Shown here one piece after another: positions 1 through 13,424 of a stretch of DNA of 64,000 bases (positions are counted from its first letter, which is position 1; the number at the start of each line of letters is the position of its first letter). The stretch comes from Sphyrna mokarran (Eukaryota), in NCBI GenBank assembly GCA_024679065.1, contig JAGIQG010000004.1, positions 62,744,001 through 62,808,000 of the forward strand, given 5' to 3'. The translations under genes and the position numbers were made by a program. Below the pieces are notes generated by a model. It had not been told where the DNA came from. It saw nothing but the letters and a program-made list of their open reading frames with translations, and did no database searches.

Positions 1-335
1 ATTTGATTAGGGATAGTAAACACTATCCTCACAAACCTTATTGAGTTCTTTGAGAAGGTGACTAAAGAGGCAGATGAGGGTGAAGCAATTAATGTGGTGT
101 ACATGGATTTCAATAAAACATTTGATCAGGGTCCCCACGGTAAGCTTGCAGAAGACATGGAGGCATGGGATTGAGGGTCGTTTAGTTGTTTGGATCAGAA
201 ATTGGCCAGCTGTAAGAAGACATAGGGTGGTGGTGGGGCCATGTTTGGAGTATTGCATACAGTTCTGTTCGCCACATTATAGAAAGGATGTGAAAACATT
301 GAAAAGGGTGTAGTGGAGATTTACCAGGATGTTGT
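1..335 (+). mobile_element. Deleted CR1 RT fragment
   Basis: [23 protein letters not shown]-like and FTRML motifs. Confidence 0.8.
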
Positions 336-789
336 AATGGGCAAATGAAACTGAAAAAAATATGTAATTGTTGAGTACGGAATCACTTGGAACTTTGAGG
401 GAGCATATACTTCTATGGATCTCCTGCTAAAGCCTTCCTTCTTCTCTCAGAACCTGCACATTTTGACGGGCACACCCATCATGAATTGTTTGCTCCAATT
501 TTGAATAGGTGCTTCCGAACCAGGATTTATGATTGATTTTCAAAGAAAATACTTTTGTCATACTTACTACGCAAATACTTCTTCCAGCTGAATTTGAAGC
601 AGCACTGATTCCCCAATTGAGGAAGTAATCATGAAATAGAGCATAGAGCATTAACTCCTTAATTTGCTTGTATTTTGTTGCCCTCGTCATTGTGATTTGA
701 GGACATGAGAGTAGAAGTCCTCTGCATTGAGACATTTTGCAATCAGAATCAATTTAAATAACATCCTGCTTTGCCCAATTTTCCCAATT

Positions 790-1385
790 TAACAAAGAAC
801 AAAGAACAAAGAACAACACAACACGGGAAACAGGCCCTTCGGCCCAACGAGCCCGTGCCGCCATCCTAACGTCTTAATGACATATAGTGACCAATATAGG
901 GACAATTTGTTACCCAATCAGCCTAAGAGCACATTTTTGGGATGTGGGAGGAAACCGGAGCACCCGGAGAAAACCCACGCAAGCACGAGGAGAATGTGCA
1001 AACTCCCACAGACACAGGCCCAAATTCACGTATCTGCACAGCACAGCGATAGTCACTGAGCTGTCGTGTTGTCCATCAAATGGTCCAGGTCAAGCGTACT
1101 AAGGTACTAAGATAGAAGCACTAAGATACTCTCGAAGAAAAATCCAAGAGCAGCCTTCTCACGACCTATCACGCGTATTCCCCTTGTTAGACAAGAAGGT
1201 GGGCCACATTACCTGTAGGATAAAACAAATACATCAATATCATCGACTATTTACATACTTCCCAGGGAACTCCCAAGGCTCATGGTCCTATTTTAAATTC
1301 GTTTTCTATATCCCTCCATTCCCATTCTGTTCATGCGCCCATCTAAATATCTCAAATAACTCCAGAGTGCCTCCCTCCACCTCTT
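790..1385 (-). mobile_element. 3' end of CR1 family B
   Basis: (AACAAAG)n tail, stem-loop, SINE-like body, structured module and last codons of ORF2, all homologous to 11600-12246. Confidence 0.9.
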
Positions 1386-2409
1386 AATGGGCCAAACGCA
1401 CGCAATTGGGACTACCTTAGTGGGAAAAACTGAACGGCACGAACAAGTTTCCAAGCTGTAAAGATCTATGATGCTATGATTCTATAAGGAAATGTGGCCG
1501 AAGACAAATATTGAGTTTGTTACTCTTCAGTAAGACTTTTGAAAGATATTCTTGAATGGTTTCTGGGGCAGTATATGGCAAAGCTGACTGTTTATGAGAT
1601 TCCAATACAGACTCAAGTATTCGCCCACACGGACAGTGCAGGCAATGACAATTGCAAAGTGAAGCTCAATTTCAGGATATTCTTACGAATGGCCGACTGT
1701 AAAACAAAATGGATGCGTTGCATCCTATTGGATAGGATCACTGACCATCTTTAGTTAGGCCAAAGGCCAGAAGTGGCAAATGAATGCAAGAACATAATAA
1801 ACATTTGATAGCAATTCAGCAGTGACATATAGCAGAATGAGGAATTGTCAACGTAAATGAGCGCCAACTATCATTCCTGGGTTTTGAAAGAATCTAGACT
1901 ACAGAATCTTTGCGATGTGACCGTTAAGTGTGAGGAACGTAGCCCAAATACATCAGTTAATTGTGCTGTGTCGACCAATTGAGAATAGAACTGATCAATC
2001 GTAAGGATATAGGGCAACTGAACTGTGCCATCATAATGCGACACGACAAACTGTACATTACATAAAAGTTTTGTGTAATTTCGCTTGTATGTAATTTGCT
2101 GCTCTGAGCGTAATATCGGAGCGCTACCTCGGACTGACCGAGATAATCTTTTCTGGCGTGCTTTTGAATCAATGACTGAACGATTCAAAGCTGTTCCTCA
2201 GCCTTTCTTCTTGGTGATTGCATTTTCACATAACGCAGCACGTAACGAAAGCAAATGCAACGCTGACCGGTATTGGTAGAGGATTCGAACCTAAATATAG
2301 ACACGCATTGCTAGAATCTAGCAAAAAAAGGGCGAGACACCCCAATGTGTTTTACAAAATAATCATCTTCTTACACAATGATTGATACCTTTTTTGAAAA
2401 AGGACACAC

Positions 2410-2905
2410 TGGACTGGAAGGGATATAGAGGAGGATCACTAAATTGATACAGGAATTGAGAGAGTTGGCTTAAGAGGAGAGACTGAATACACTGAGTATA
2501 TACTCTTTGGAATTCCGACGAATGAAAGGAAATCTTATAGAAACATATAAGGCTATGAAGGGAATAGGAATGATAGAAGCATGGAAGTTGTTTTCACTGA
2601 TGAGTGAAACTACAACTAGGGGGCATAGTCTCAAAATAAGAGGGAACAGATTTAGGGCTTTGAGGAAGAATTTCTTCACACAAAGGTTTGTGAATCTGCG
2701 GAATTTCCTGTCCAGTGAAACAGCTGAGGCAATTTCATTGAATGTTTTTAAGGATAGATACATTTTTGAACAATAAAAGAATTAACAATATGGTGAGTGG
2801 GTGGGAAGTGAAGCTGTGTCCACAAAAGGATCGCCATAATCTCATGAATGGTGGAGGAGGCTCGAGGGGTCAAATGGACTATTCCTAGTTCTTGTGTTCT
2901 TATAT
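2410..2905 (+). mobile_element. Older CR1 3' fragment
   Basis: LEFRRMKGNLIETYK, TRGHSLK, FFTQR. Confidence 0.8.
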
Positions 2906-5900
2906 CATTTCATGTGAGGTAGAGAAAGTTCACCCGGCTGATTCCTATTTCAGAGATATTATGTTATGAGGGAAGCTTAAACTGATTGTCCCACTATTAC
3001 TTACGATAACAAGAGATGAATATATTGAAGCATATATGACTCCAAATGGGATGCAGTAAATACTTGCTTGAGAGGTTATTAAATGTGAGAAGTTTCCATT
3101 TGTGACGGAGATGACGAAAGATTTCTTAACTCAGTTAGCAGTTAACTCAGAAAACTACAGGGGAACCATGAAACTTATTTTGGTATGAGGAGAGATAAAA
3201 TAGAAAGGACGAATATGAATCTATGACAGATGGAAATGAGGAAATTTAAGTCAGCCGTCATTTTGTCTCTGTCTTTATGGAGGGATGTACAGGCTTTGAA
3301 CCAATAAAGAACCATGAGTCTTGTCTAAATGAAGAATTGAGATGAAGCAGTATCAATAAATAGTGATATACAATTATTCGGACTGACATTCGAAAATTCC
3401 CTTCAGCCAACACACAGATCAGATTCTTCAATGAGGTGCCACACGCCGTAGGTGCACAGCTTGTCACTTTTCAAAAGTCAATAGATTCTGAGTAATGTTC
3501 CCAGAGAGCTGAAAACATCAATAAAAGCCCTACTGTTTAATATGAGAGGTGGTGAGAGAAACAAATTAACAAAGATTGACTAATTTGTTTGAAGTCAGTC
3601 GTAAGTAAATTGTTATAAATAATTGGAATCATTGTGATAACTAGATGCATAATGTAATAATATGAATGGACAGAGTGAACATAAGTTTGTCAGAGGGAAA
3701 TCGTGATTGAGAATTTTCCTAGATGCCTTTCAGTATATTGCAGCAGAGCAAAGGTGCATTTGTAATATCCACATTTTCAGAAGACTTTTAGTATGGTTTG
3801 CCAGTGAGGGTTAATCAACAAAATTGCTGTTACGGTATTTGCATGGATTGAGAATGTTTTAATAGAGGGTGAGGGAAAAGGCGATAAAACGTAGCATTTT
3901 CAGGAGTTCAGATGGTATTATTCGAGTAGTGCAAGTAAAAGAGAGAGGGAGAGATCTAAGAACATTACACAACCGATGGATATGATCTGCATTCTGTCTG
4001 TCTGTCACATCCATGCCGCATGTTGGTGGGAAAAGAAAGAGGTGACTGGAAGAGCAGGAACAAATAACCTCATTTTGAGGAACCACTTTTTGGGGTACAC
4101 AACGCATCGATGCAAGAAATAATATTGAAACAATTGTGGAATTCTTTGCCAAAGTGTTCCTGAGATCGTCAGCATTAGTTGCAACAAAACTTCAGTAAAT
4201 TCGATTGATTGCAAGTGACTAAACACGAAAAGGATAAGAATCCAAAAAGTTGTGGTTTCGTTCGTGTGGATAAATTCTTAGAACTATTATCATTGGTATG
4301 TGAACCTTTAAAAGCAAGTTTAGTAGGACTTACCAAGTTGGAAGTAAGGTAAATGAGGCGAATTGCTGAATAATAACGCCAGATAGAAGGAAAATGCACA
4401 AAGTGTGTCATGTGTATTTGTTCAAATGCTGTTTTGATAGGGGAGGAAAACAAAAGCAGATGTGTTGCTGGTTGCAATTCAGAGTTAAGAACCAAATCCA
4501 AATGTTTCTTAATTTGACATTGGATAATGAGGAAATGACTGGCAAATGAAGCAAATTATTGAGTTACTTCCGAGAAGAAAATCAAACAGACCTGAACGAA
4601 GTAGTAAAATCACATTGAAAGATGTGGAGTAATAAGCTAGGAAGTACTAAAGCTGCTATCAATTGAGTAATTTTAGGAAATATTGTTCCAGTTGAGCAAT
4701 ATTCTTGCAGATATTATCTTCTGAAGTTGGCACAGGCTGAGAAACTGATCTGCTCAATAACAGGAATAAATCACGATAAGTCACATAAAACTGGTGAAAG
4801 CAAAGAAAGGGAACCGATTACAGGGCAATATTGTAAACAAAGAAAGTGAGCAGATCTCGAAACAGATAGAAGGTAACTTAACTGTTTTGGAACATATTCG
4901 TGACTTGATAAAATTACCGGAACATGAATGCAGGATTGTCAACAAGAAATCTTTCACCTATGCCAAGTAAAATACAGATGAATCAACAGTAATGTGTGCG
5001 CTCAAAATAGCAATCGAGGAACAGAAATATTTCCCGATGGCTGATAAAAAAAAGCAAAAAAGGGCAAAAAGGTAAAATGAGACTATTTGCTAAAACTGTG
5101 CCATCATTCCAAATGAACTGCTGGAGTAATAGTTGTGGAGACCTACTGAAACAGTACGGAGACCCACTGAAACATCAGCGGTATTGCTGCAGAGATCTAT
5201 GAAATCACGGTTACAACGAATTCTGAGACAAAACAAGACAATCTGCTATGTGCCTTTGCAAGACTGTGCAGAAGTAATGGTAAAAATTGAGAGCAAACAA
5301 AGAGTTTGGTAATTCTCTCAGGAAATTACCAGAGCTAATTTGTTATCGTAATAACAAAATTGATATCAAACTTGGAATCAAAGTATCATTAAGGACTGAA
5401 GAAAAATTTTGGAGAAGAACAAGGAAACACTTGAAGCGACAGTATATTGAGAAAAGAAAGAAGAAGGAATGTTCTGTATTGGAAGACAAGAACTAAAATG
5501 ACTTATGTTACTGTTATGCTTGCGCGTTTTGATTTTATATAATGTATGCATAATCTACTGGAGAAAGCTACTGGTTTAAACGAATAGGTGTTTAAGAATG
5601 ATGTCACCTTTGAATGTTGGTGGTTCATTTCTTTCCTAAGCGGTGACGTGTAACAATACTGTGCCTTCATGAAATGTGTTTTCATCATGTCTGTCGCACA
5701 TTTTTCAGATTGGCTCTGCTATTGCATTAATGCCATAATGTCTGTAGCTGATGCCCTCTAATTGATATTGAAATAATATAATGGACATCACGATCACTTT
5801 TACTCTGGCGTAATGCAACGTCCAGGCGTTTCATGAGTCTTTTGGAATCGCTGGAACATGATTAGCGTATGAGGTGTTGCCTCAGAGCGTTTTCTTCCAC

Positions 5901-6037
5901 AATATTTTGAAGGCTTTAGTTTCAATTTAGTTGATACAGGTGGCAGTTAGTCATTCCCTCTCTGTCTCTGTCCACAGGCGTACTGAAACGCCTGTGATGC
6001 GGCAGAATTTCAATCTAACATCCGCATAATCAATTAC

Positions 6038-6370
6038 TAGAATCATAGAAACCTCACAGTGCAAAAAGAGGCCATTTGGCCCATTGAGTGGGTACCAATC
6101 ACAATCCCATCCAGGCCCTACCTCCTTACCCTTACATATTTACCCGCTAATCCCTCTAGCTTACGCATCTCAGGATGCGAAGGGCAACTTTAGCATAGCC
6201 AATCAACCTAACCCGCATATCTTTGGACTGTGGGAGGAAAGCAGAATACCCGGAGGACACGAGAAGAATGTGCAAACTCCACACAGACAATCACCCAAGC
6301 CGGGAAATGAACAAGGCTCGCTGGAACTATGAAGCAGCAGTGCTAACCACTGGGTTATTGCGCCGCCACT
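6038..6370 (-). mobile_element. HE1-type tRNA-derived SINE
   Basis: tRNA-like head (GGCGGCGC...CAGTGGTTAGCACTGCTGCTTCA), central CTGTGTGGAGTTTGCACATTCT domain and CR1-type tail. Confidence 0.85.
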
Positions 6371-7237
6371 AGAAGGTTTAAAAGCTGCAAAATCGAACAT
6401 GAAATGAATATGCTTGTTTTTTTTTGCCGAATCGAGAAGGAGGTATGTTTTTGTTGGGTGTTGGTTGAGTTGGACGTCATAGTTAGCTAGCTGTTAAAGT
6501 TTAGACATATCATGGTTTATATTTGCAGTTGCGAATAGTTATGCTACTTTATATTATATTTTAACTATGTCTTTAAATAAACTTTGCTGGATTAAAAGCT
6601 TCCTCATGGACCGTTGAATTAAATCTGGAGTGAAATACTTTATGTTCCTTTATAAAAATAAATCTTCGCGTTTTTGTCCTCCTTTGCAGCAAATTGAGAC
6701 ACACAAACATGTGTCGATGAGCCAGAATCCTTCAATGGTTATCAGTAACAACAATGATATTCTGGCCACTTTGTATCCGAGAGTTGCATTTCCTAATCCA
6801 ATATTAATTGTTTTTTTTTGTGGTTCAATCGAAATTCCATTTACGTGAATTAACTTCCGTTTTAGAATCACTACAGTGCAGAACAAGACCAGACTCATCG
6901 AGAGTGCATCGACCCTCTGAAAGAACATATCGTAGTTTTCGATATTTTCCAATAGATATATTAACCATCACCACCTGAATAAACATGTGCTAAAACTCAA
7001 CATGATTCATTCAGCTAAAGTGAACGCGTAAATTGACAATTCGCTTTTGTCCGGCAATTCAGCTTAGGAACTTTATTCTCATTAACATTCCACACTGCCA
7101 AGTTTCAAATTTTTGAACATATTGATGTCCATGATTTATAAAAAAATCGGTAGGCAGGTGCAGCATGTAACAAAAAAGACCAATGTTTTGTGGGCATTTG
7201 TTGCAAAAGAACTGAAGCATAAGAATAGAGAAGTCTT

Positions 7238-8765
7238 CTCTGGGAGGCAAGAGAGGAGATTGCAGAGCCTCTGGCTCTGATCTTCAGGTCCTCGTTGGTT
7301 ACGGGTGTGGTTCCGGAGGACTGGAGGATAGCGAATGTGGTCCTATTGTTTAAGAAGGGGAAGAGAGACCTTCCAGGGAATTATAGGCCAGTGAGTCTTA
7401 CTTCTGTTGTGGGCAAGGTATGGGAGAGAATTATTAGGGATAGGATTTATAGTTATTTAGAGAGAAATGAATTGATTGGGGATAGTCAGCATGGTTTCGT
7501 GAAGGGTAGGTCATGCCTTACTAACCTCATTGAGTTTTTTTGAGAAAGTGACCAGAGAGGTGGATGGGGGTAAGGCGGTTGATGAAGTATATATGGACTT
7601 TAGTAAGGCGTTTGATAAGGTGGCCCATGGAAGACTTCTGCAGAAAATGCAGATGTATGGGATAGAGGGTGATTTAGCTAATTGGTTAGGAATTGGCTAG
7701 CAGATAGAAGACAGAGGGTGGTGGTTGATGGGAGCTATTCATCTTGGAGTTCGGTGACAAGTGGTGTACCTCAGGGGTCTGTTTTGGGGCCCCTGCTGTT
7801 TGTAATTTTTATAAATGATCTGGATGAGGTATTGAAGGATGGATTAGTAAATTTGCGGATGACACCAAAGTCGGAGGAGTGGTAGATAGTGAAGAGGGGT
7901 GTTATAGTTTGCAGAGAGACTTGGACAAGTTGCAGAGCTGGGCCGAGAGGTGGCAAATGGAGTTTAATGTGGAAAAGTGTGAGGTAATGCACTATGGCAG
8001 AAATAATAAATGTGTAGGGTATAGGGCTAATGGTAGGATTCTTAATAGTGTTGATGAACAGAGGGATCTTGGTGTATTTGTGCATAGATCCCTGAAAGTA
8101 GGCAGTCAAGTCGATAAGGTTGTTAAGAAGGCATATGGAGTCTTAGCTTTTATTGGTAGGGGGATTGAAATTCGGAGCCGCAACGTCATGTTGCAACTGT
8201 ACAAAACTCTAGTGCGGCCGCACTTGGAGTATTGTGTGCAGTTCTGGTCCCAACATTATAAGAAAGATGTGGAGGCATTGGAGAGGGTACAGAGGAGGTT
8301 TACCAGGATGTTGCCTGGTATGGAGGCAGGTCCTATGAAGAGAGGTTGAAGGATTTGAGGTTGTTTTCGTTAGAAAGGAGGCGGCTAAGAGGGGATCTTA
8401 TTGAAGCATATAAGATGATTAGAAGTTTAGATAGGGTGGACAGTGATAGCCTTTTTCCTAGGATGGAGAAAGCTAGCACTAGGGGACACAGCTTTAAATT
8501 AAGGGGTATGAGTTATAGGACGGATATCAGAGGTAGGTTCTTTACTCAAAGAGTGATTAGGGAGTGGAATGCCCCGCCTGCAGCTGTTGTAGATGCGCCA
8601 AGTTTGGTGGCGTTTAAGATGTTAATTGATAAGTATATGGAAGAGAAGGGAATGGTTTAGTTTGGAGGGGCATTGCTTTTTATTTTGGTCGGCACAACAT
8701 CGAAGGCCAAAGGGCCTGTTCTGTGCTGTATTGTTCTATGTTCTATGTTCTATGTTCTATGTTCT
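7238..8765 (+). mobile_element. 5'-truncated CR1 (family A), RT to 3' tail
   Basis: Near-identical to 18333-19815; ends with a GGCC(A/G)AAGGGCC stem-loop and (TTCTATG)n tail. Confidence 0.95.
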
Positions 8766-8769
8766 TGTT

Positions 8770-9370
8770 GCAATCGTATAAGGCGTTTTGGTGAGAGAAC
8801 ATTTGTAGTATTGTGTCCAATCTTGGTTTCCCAATTTCATAAAGCATATGGTAGCATAGGAGGCCGTTCAGGAGAGTTTCACCAGACTGATTCCGCGAAT
8901 GAAAGGGTGGACGTTTGAAAAGAGATTAAACAGTTTGGGAGATTAAACTCGCTGCAGTTTAGAAGGATGTGAGGGAAATTGATCGAGGTGTATTTTTTTT
9001 TAAAAGGAATTGATCAAGTAAATGTAAACAAAGTGTTTCCTCTTATGGGGCAATCTAGAACAGGAGGTCACCAATAAAGGTTTAGAGGTCGTAGATTTGA
9101 CGCTGGCATGAAGAGGAACTAGTTCTCACAGAGGATGGTGAATTTCTGGAACTCGTGGCTCCATAGCTTGATGTAGTCTGAATCGTTGAATGGTTTCAAC
9201 AAGGAGATGGATATATTACCAATTAGAAAATGGATCTGAAGATATGGGGGACTGATGGCAAGATGGAATTGAGACCATGGAGAGACCAGAAATTATCTGA
9301 TTGATTGATAGAGCAGGATGACAGGGCTGAATTTGCCTGCTTCTGCTTCTAACTTCTCTATTCCTAAATT
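8770..9370 (+). mobile_element. Old degenerate CR1 3' fragment
   Basis: Decayed LEYCVQFW, RRFTRL and FSQRVVN-like segments. Confidence 0.65.
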
Positions 9371-10254
9371 TGGAAAATTATTTTATTTGGCACCACAATC
9401 CTTATTGTTGTGGGAGAGCCAGAACGATATTACTTATATCCACACTGAGCAGTTAGAGATAACCAACTTTGAGGCTTGGGAAGTTTGCAGGAGTGACAAG
9501 ACATAAATTTCTGCTTCAGAGGGAAACAACGGAGACGTCCTATCGAATTTGGTCATTGCACTCAATGATTTTTCATTAACCAGCGAAGTATGATATAACT
9601 GTACCCTTTGATTGACGAGGATCCTGCGGATGGAACATATTCTACACATAAATGTTATCAAAAGCCCCTATTTAAAAAAAAAAATCTGCTCTTCAATCTC
9701 GCTGTATTTTTTTTTGCCCTGAAAAATGACAATTCTAAATTGGAGTCATATTTTCACGGAACTAAATGGGTCAAGAAGTCTACAAATTAAGTCATATAAC
9801 TGTTTTGAAATCATGTTAACATTAATTATACTCCTTTATGATCTTTCAAGGAAGAATTAGTCGGAAAATGAAATCCAAACAACATGGCGTCGATTGACAA
9901 TGAGGTGATGGAAAGCTCAGACACAGAATACTTCAGTTCAGTGAATAAAGACTTTACAATCAGAAAGCATTTGTAACACTGGATTGCATAGTAAAAATTA
10001 TCTCTCACGTTTATTAATCGCAATAATAAACTCTAATTCTTTATAACATGTGTTGTGTATTGAAATAGTGTTCTCAGATTCATTTTTCCGGTGTTCGGAA
10101 GTTTTGGAAACACATTTCGATTACATCTCGACAGTACACATAATAGTCTATGAACATTTTTAAACATCGTAGTGATTAGGTTGAACGTGCATTGTGAACT
10201 TATGTTATTGGGTGATTATGTGGATAATTTAGCTACTTGTCCAAACACAGACAT

Positions 10255-12246
10255 TTATCCCAGGCTGCTTAGGAGGTGCGAGGTGAAATTGCTGGGCCTC
10301 TGACGCAAATTTTTGTCTCTTCCTTCGACACAGGTGAGGTCCTAGAGGACTGGAGAATAGCTAATGTTGTACCGTTGTTTAAAAAAGATAGTAGGGATAA
10401 CCCTGGAAAATATAGGCTGGTGAGTTTGACGTCAGTGGTAGGGAAGCTGTTGGAGGGGATTCTTAGAGATAGGATGTATAGGCACTTAGGGCGTTGCGAT
10501 CTGATTAGGGATAACGCAGCATGGATTTGTTAAGGGGAGGTCGTGCCTTACTAACCTGGTAGAATTTTTTGAGGAAGTGACAAAAACGGTGGACAAAGTG
10601 CGATCCGTCTGTACGGATTTTAGGAAAGCGTTTGACAAAGTCCCTCATGGGACGTTAGTTGAGAGAGTCGATGCTAATGGGATACAAGGGCAGGTAGCTA
10701 GATGGATAAGTAACTGGCTTGGTAATAGGAGATAGAGAGTAATAGTGGAAGGGTGTTTTTCTAGCTGGAGGTCGGTCACTAGTGGTGTGCCGCAGGGCTC
10801 GGTACTGGGACCTCTTCTATTTGTAATATATATAAATGAATTGGAAGAGGGAGTAAGTGGAGTGATCAGCAAGTTTGCAGACGATACAAAGATGGCTGGA
10901 CTTGCGGATAGTGAGGAGCATTGTCAGGCGATGCAGCCGGACATAGATAGGCTGGTAGCTTGGGCAGACAGATGGCAGATGGAATTCAATCCTGATAAAT
11001 GTGAGGTGATGCATTTCGGGAGAAAGAATGTAGGGGGAGGTATATGATAAAGGGTAGACCTATTAAGAGTATAGAAACACAGAGGGACCTGGGGGTGCAG
11101 GTGAACAAGTCTCTGAAGGTGGCAGAGCAAGTGGAGAAGTTGTGAAGAAAGCATATAGTATGTTAGCCTTTATAGGAAGGGGTATAGAGTACAAGAGCTG
11201 GCCTTTAATGCTGCAGTTGTATAAAATGTTGGTTAGACCTCATTTGGAATACTGCGTCCAGTTCTGGTCGCCTTACTACGGGAAGGACGTGGAGACTCTG
11301 GAGAGAGTGCAGAGGAGGTTTACCAGGATGCTGCCTGGTATGGAAGGTCTGAGTTACGAGGAGAGGTTAGGCAAATTGGGACTGTTTTCCTTAGAAAGGC
11401 ATAGGCTTAGAGGAGATATAATAGAGGTGTACAAAATTATGAGGGGTATAGACAGAGTAAACAGGGTTAAGCTTTTTCCTAGGATGGACTCAAATAGCAC
11501 GAGGGGTCATGGGCTTAGGGTGAGGGGGGTAAGGTATAATTTGGATGCTAGAGGGAGTTTTTTCATACAGAGGGTGGTGGGGGTATGGAATGCGCTGCCA
11601 AGTAAAGTGGTGGAGGCAGGTACTCTGGAGTTATTTAAGAAATATTTAGATGAGCACATGAACAGAATGGGAATGGAGGGGTATAGAAAACTGATTAAAA
11701 TAGGGATCATGAGCCTTGGGAGTCCCTGGGAAGTGTGTAAATAGATGCTGATATTGATGTACTTGTTTTTATCCTACAGGTGCTTTGGTCCACCTTGTTG
11801 TCTAACGAGGGGCATACACGCGATGGGTCGTGAGAGGGCTGCTCTTGGATTTTTTTTCCGAGAGTATCCTAGTGCTTCACGTTGTTAGTGTACACTTGAC
11901 CTGGACCATTTGATGGGCAACACGACAGCTCAGTGACTATCGCTGTGCTGTGCAGATACATGGATTTGGGCCTGTGTCTGTGCGAGTTTGCGCATTCTCC
12001 CCGTGCTTGCGTGGGTTTTCTCCGGGTGTTCCGGTTTCCTCTCACATCCCAAAGATGTGCTCTTAGGCTAATTGGCAAAACAAATTCTTCCTAAATTGTC
12101 TCAAAGTTGTTTTTTAATCCATAGGTCTATAAACATGGATAGGGATCGCGACAGGGATCGCCGCCCCATTGGGGTGACGGCGCGGGCTCGTTGGGCCGAA
12201 GGGCCTGTTTCCCGTGCTATTTTGTTCTTCGTTTTTTGTTCTTTGT
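10255..12246 (+). mobile_element. 5'-truncated CR1 (family B) with extended composite 3' UTR
   Basis: RT motifs ([17 protein letters not shown]); ~520-nt 3' UTR ending in a GGCCGAAGGGCC stem-loop and (TTCTTTG)n-like tail; flanked by TTGTCCAAACACA at 10237-10249 and 12249-12261. Confidence 0.93.
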
Positions 12247-13424
12247 AATTGTCCAAACACAATTTCACTTAAGTAGTTCAAACAATGTGGTAATTGTCCC
12301 AAAATGAGATGAACTAAAGAAGTCATGAGAACGGGATGGACGTAAAAACGACAATTTTATGCTTTGGAATTTTGCCATTAATAAGGTCTGCGCGACTTGA
12401 TGAATGATGGTAACAACAATGGTGCGAATGAAAATGAAATTATAGCACGTATTTTACTGCTGTAAGTCGCGGAACAAAGACAAGTAGGTCAATGTTAACG
12501 TAACCAAGTGTCTGACTCCTCTCAAGAAGCGTGATAAGTATGCCAGATTTTTTTTTTCCGTTGTGCAGCAAAAAAAGTCTATTTTTGTTTGTTGCTATCA
12601 GGCGGACAAGCGACGAAATAAACCGCTTTCATTTGTTGTCAGATTGTGGGTGTTATTTCGCAATGCTTAATTAGTTGCGAAATAGTCAACATACTGGAAA
12701 GTTTATGGCCTAAGCTTACTGCCCACGCAGGAACGTTTGTAATGACGATTATGAATTTGAAAAACTTGTTGCAATCAGTTAATGATTTTCGTGTCTTATT
12801 CTTGATATCCCAGAAAGAGGAAGAAAAAGAAATAAAAAAAAAACTATTAATGAGCTCAAGATTAAACAGCAAACTCTTGAAGTTCAATTTTAAATTTGTA
12901 CTGAATAAACGGTTTCAAACTACCTGGTTTGAACTACTTAACTGAAATTGTGTTTCTTGTTAAAAAAAAACACGCGATCTCTCAATATGATAAATTACAC
13001 AACACATATTTAGCGTAACTACTGACGCAAACGATGTTTAAAAATTCATGAACTGTTGTATACGTTATCAGCGTTTCCAGCTCTGACCACATATTGGCTG
13101 AATTTTGTCAACAGCGGATAGATAAAAGAAAAAAAAATCAAATTATCACGTTATAACAATGCAGGGAAACAATAAGTCAGGAAAGAAAAGCAAATACTAC
13201 AGCTGACAAAGGAAACACAGTTCATTATATAGGCAAAGAGCTACAGCAGCTTCGGTTACAGCAGGTGTATTGCAGGACGAGAAATTCAGAAGTCCACACT
13301 AATGATTCTGATGCCTGAGATTAATTCCATGAATGTAACTCAGGGACTCATATTTAATTAATAACATATATTTAGATTAATGAAGTAGTGGTCAGAAGCC
13401 TGATCCCCTGACGGTCATAAAATG

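Noticed and set aside
427-735. Minus ORF with AASNSAGRS (Ig I-set-like) and a GTAAGT donor near 567
   Set aside because: No Cys/Trp Ig framework and no consistent acceptor or partner exons.
2281-2292. B-box-like GGATTCGAACC suggesting a tRNA
   Set aside because: No cloverleaf or A box could be built.
6430-6800. Possible solo LTR-like repeat
   Set aside because: Could not define termini or TSD, and there is no second copy in the window.
9434-9661. Minus ORF with a plausible acceptor
   Set aside because: No recognisable domain and no linked exons.
11820-11842. TGGGTCGTGAGAGGGCT resembles HCV-type IRES domain IIId
   Set aside because: Short match, GGG not kept in the 58.5-kb subfamily, no IIIe/pseudoknot motif and no downstream ORF.
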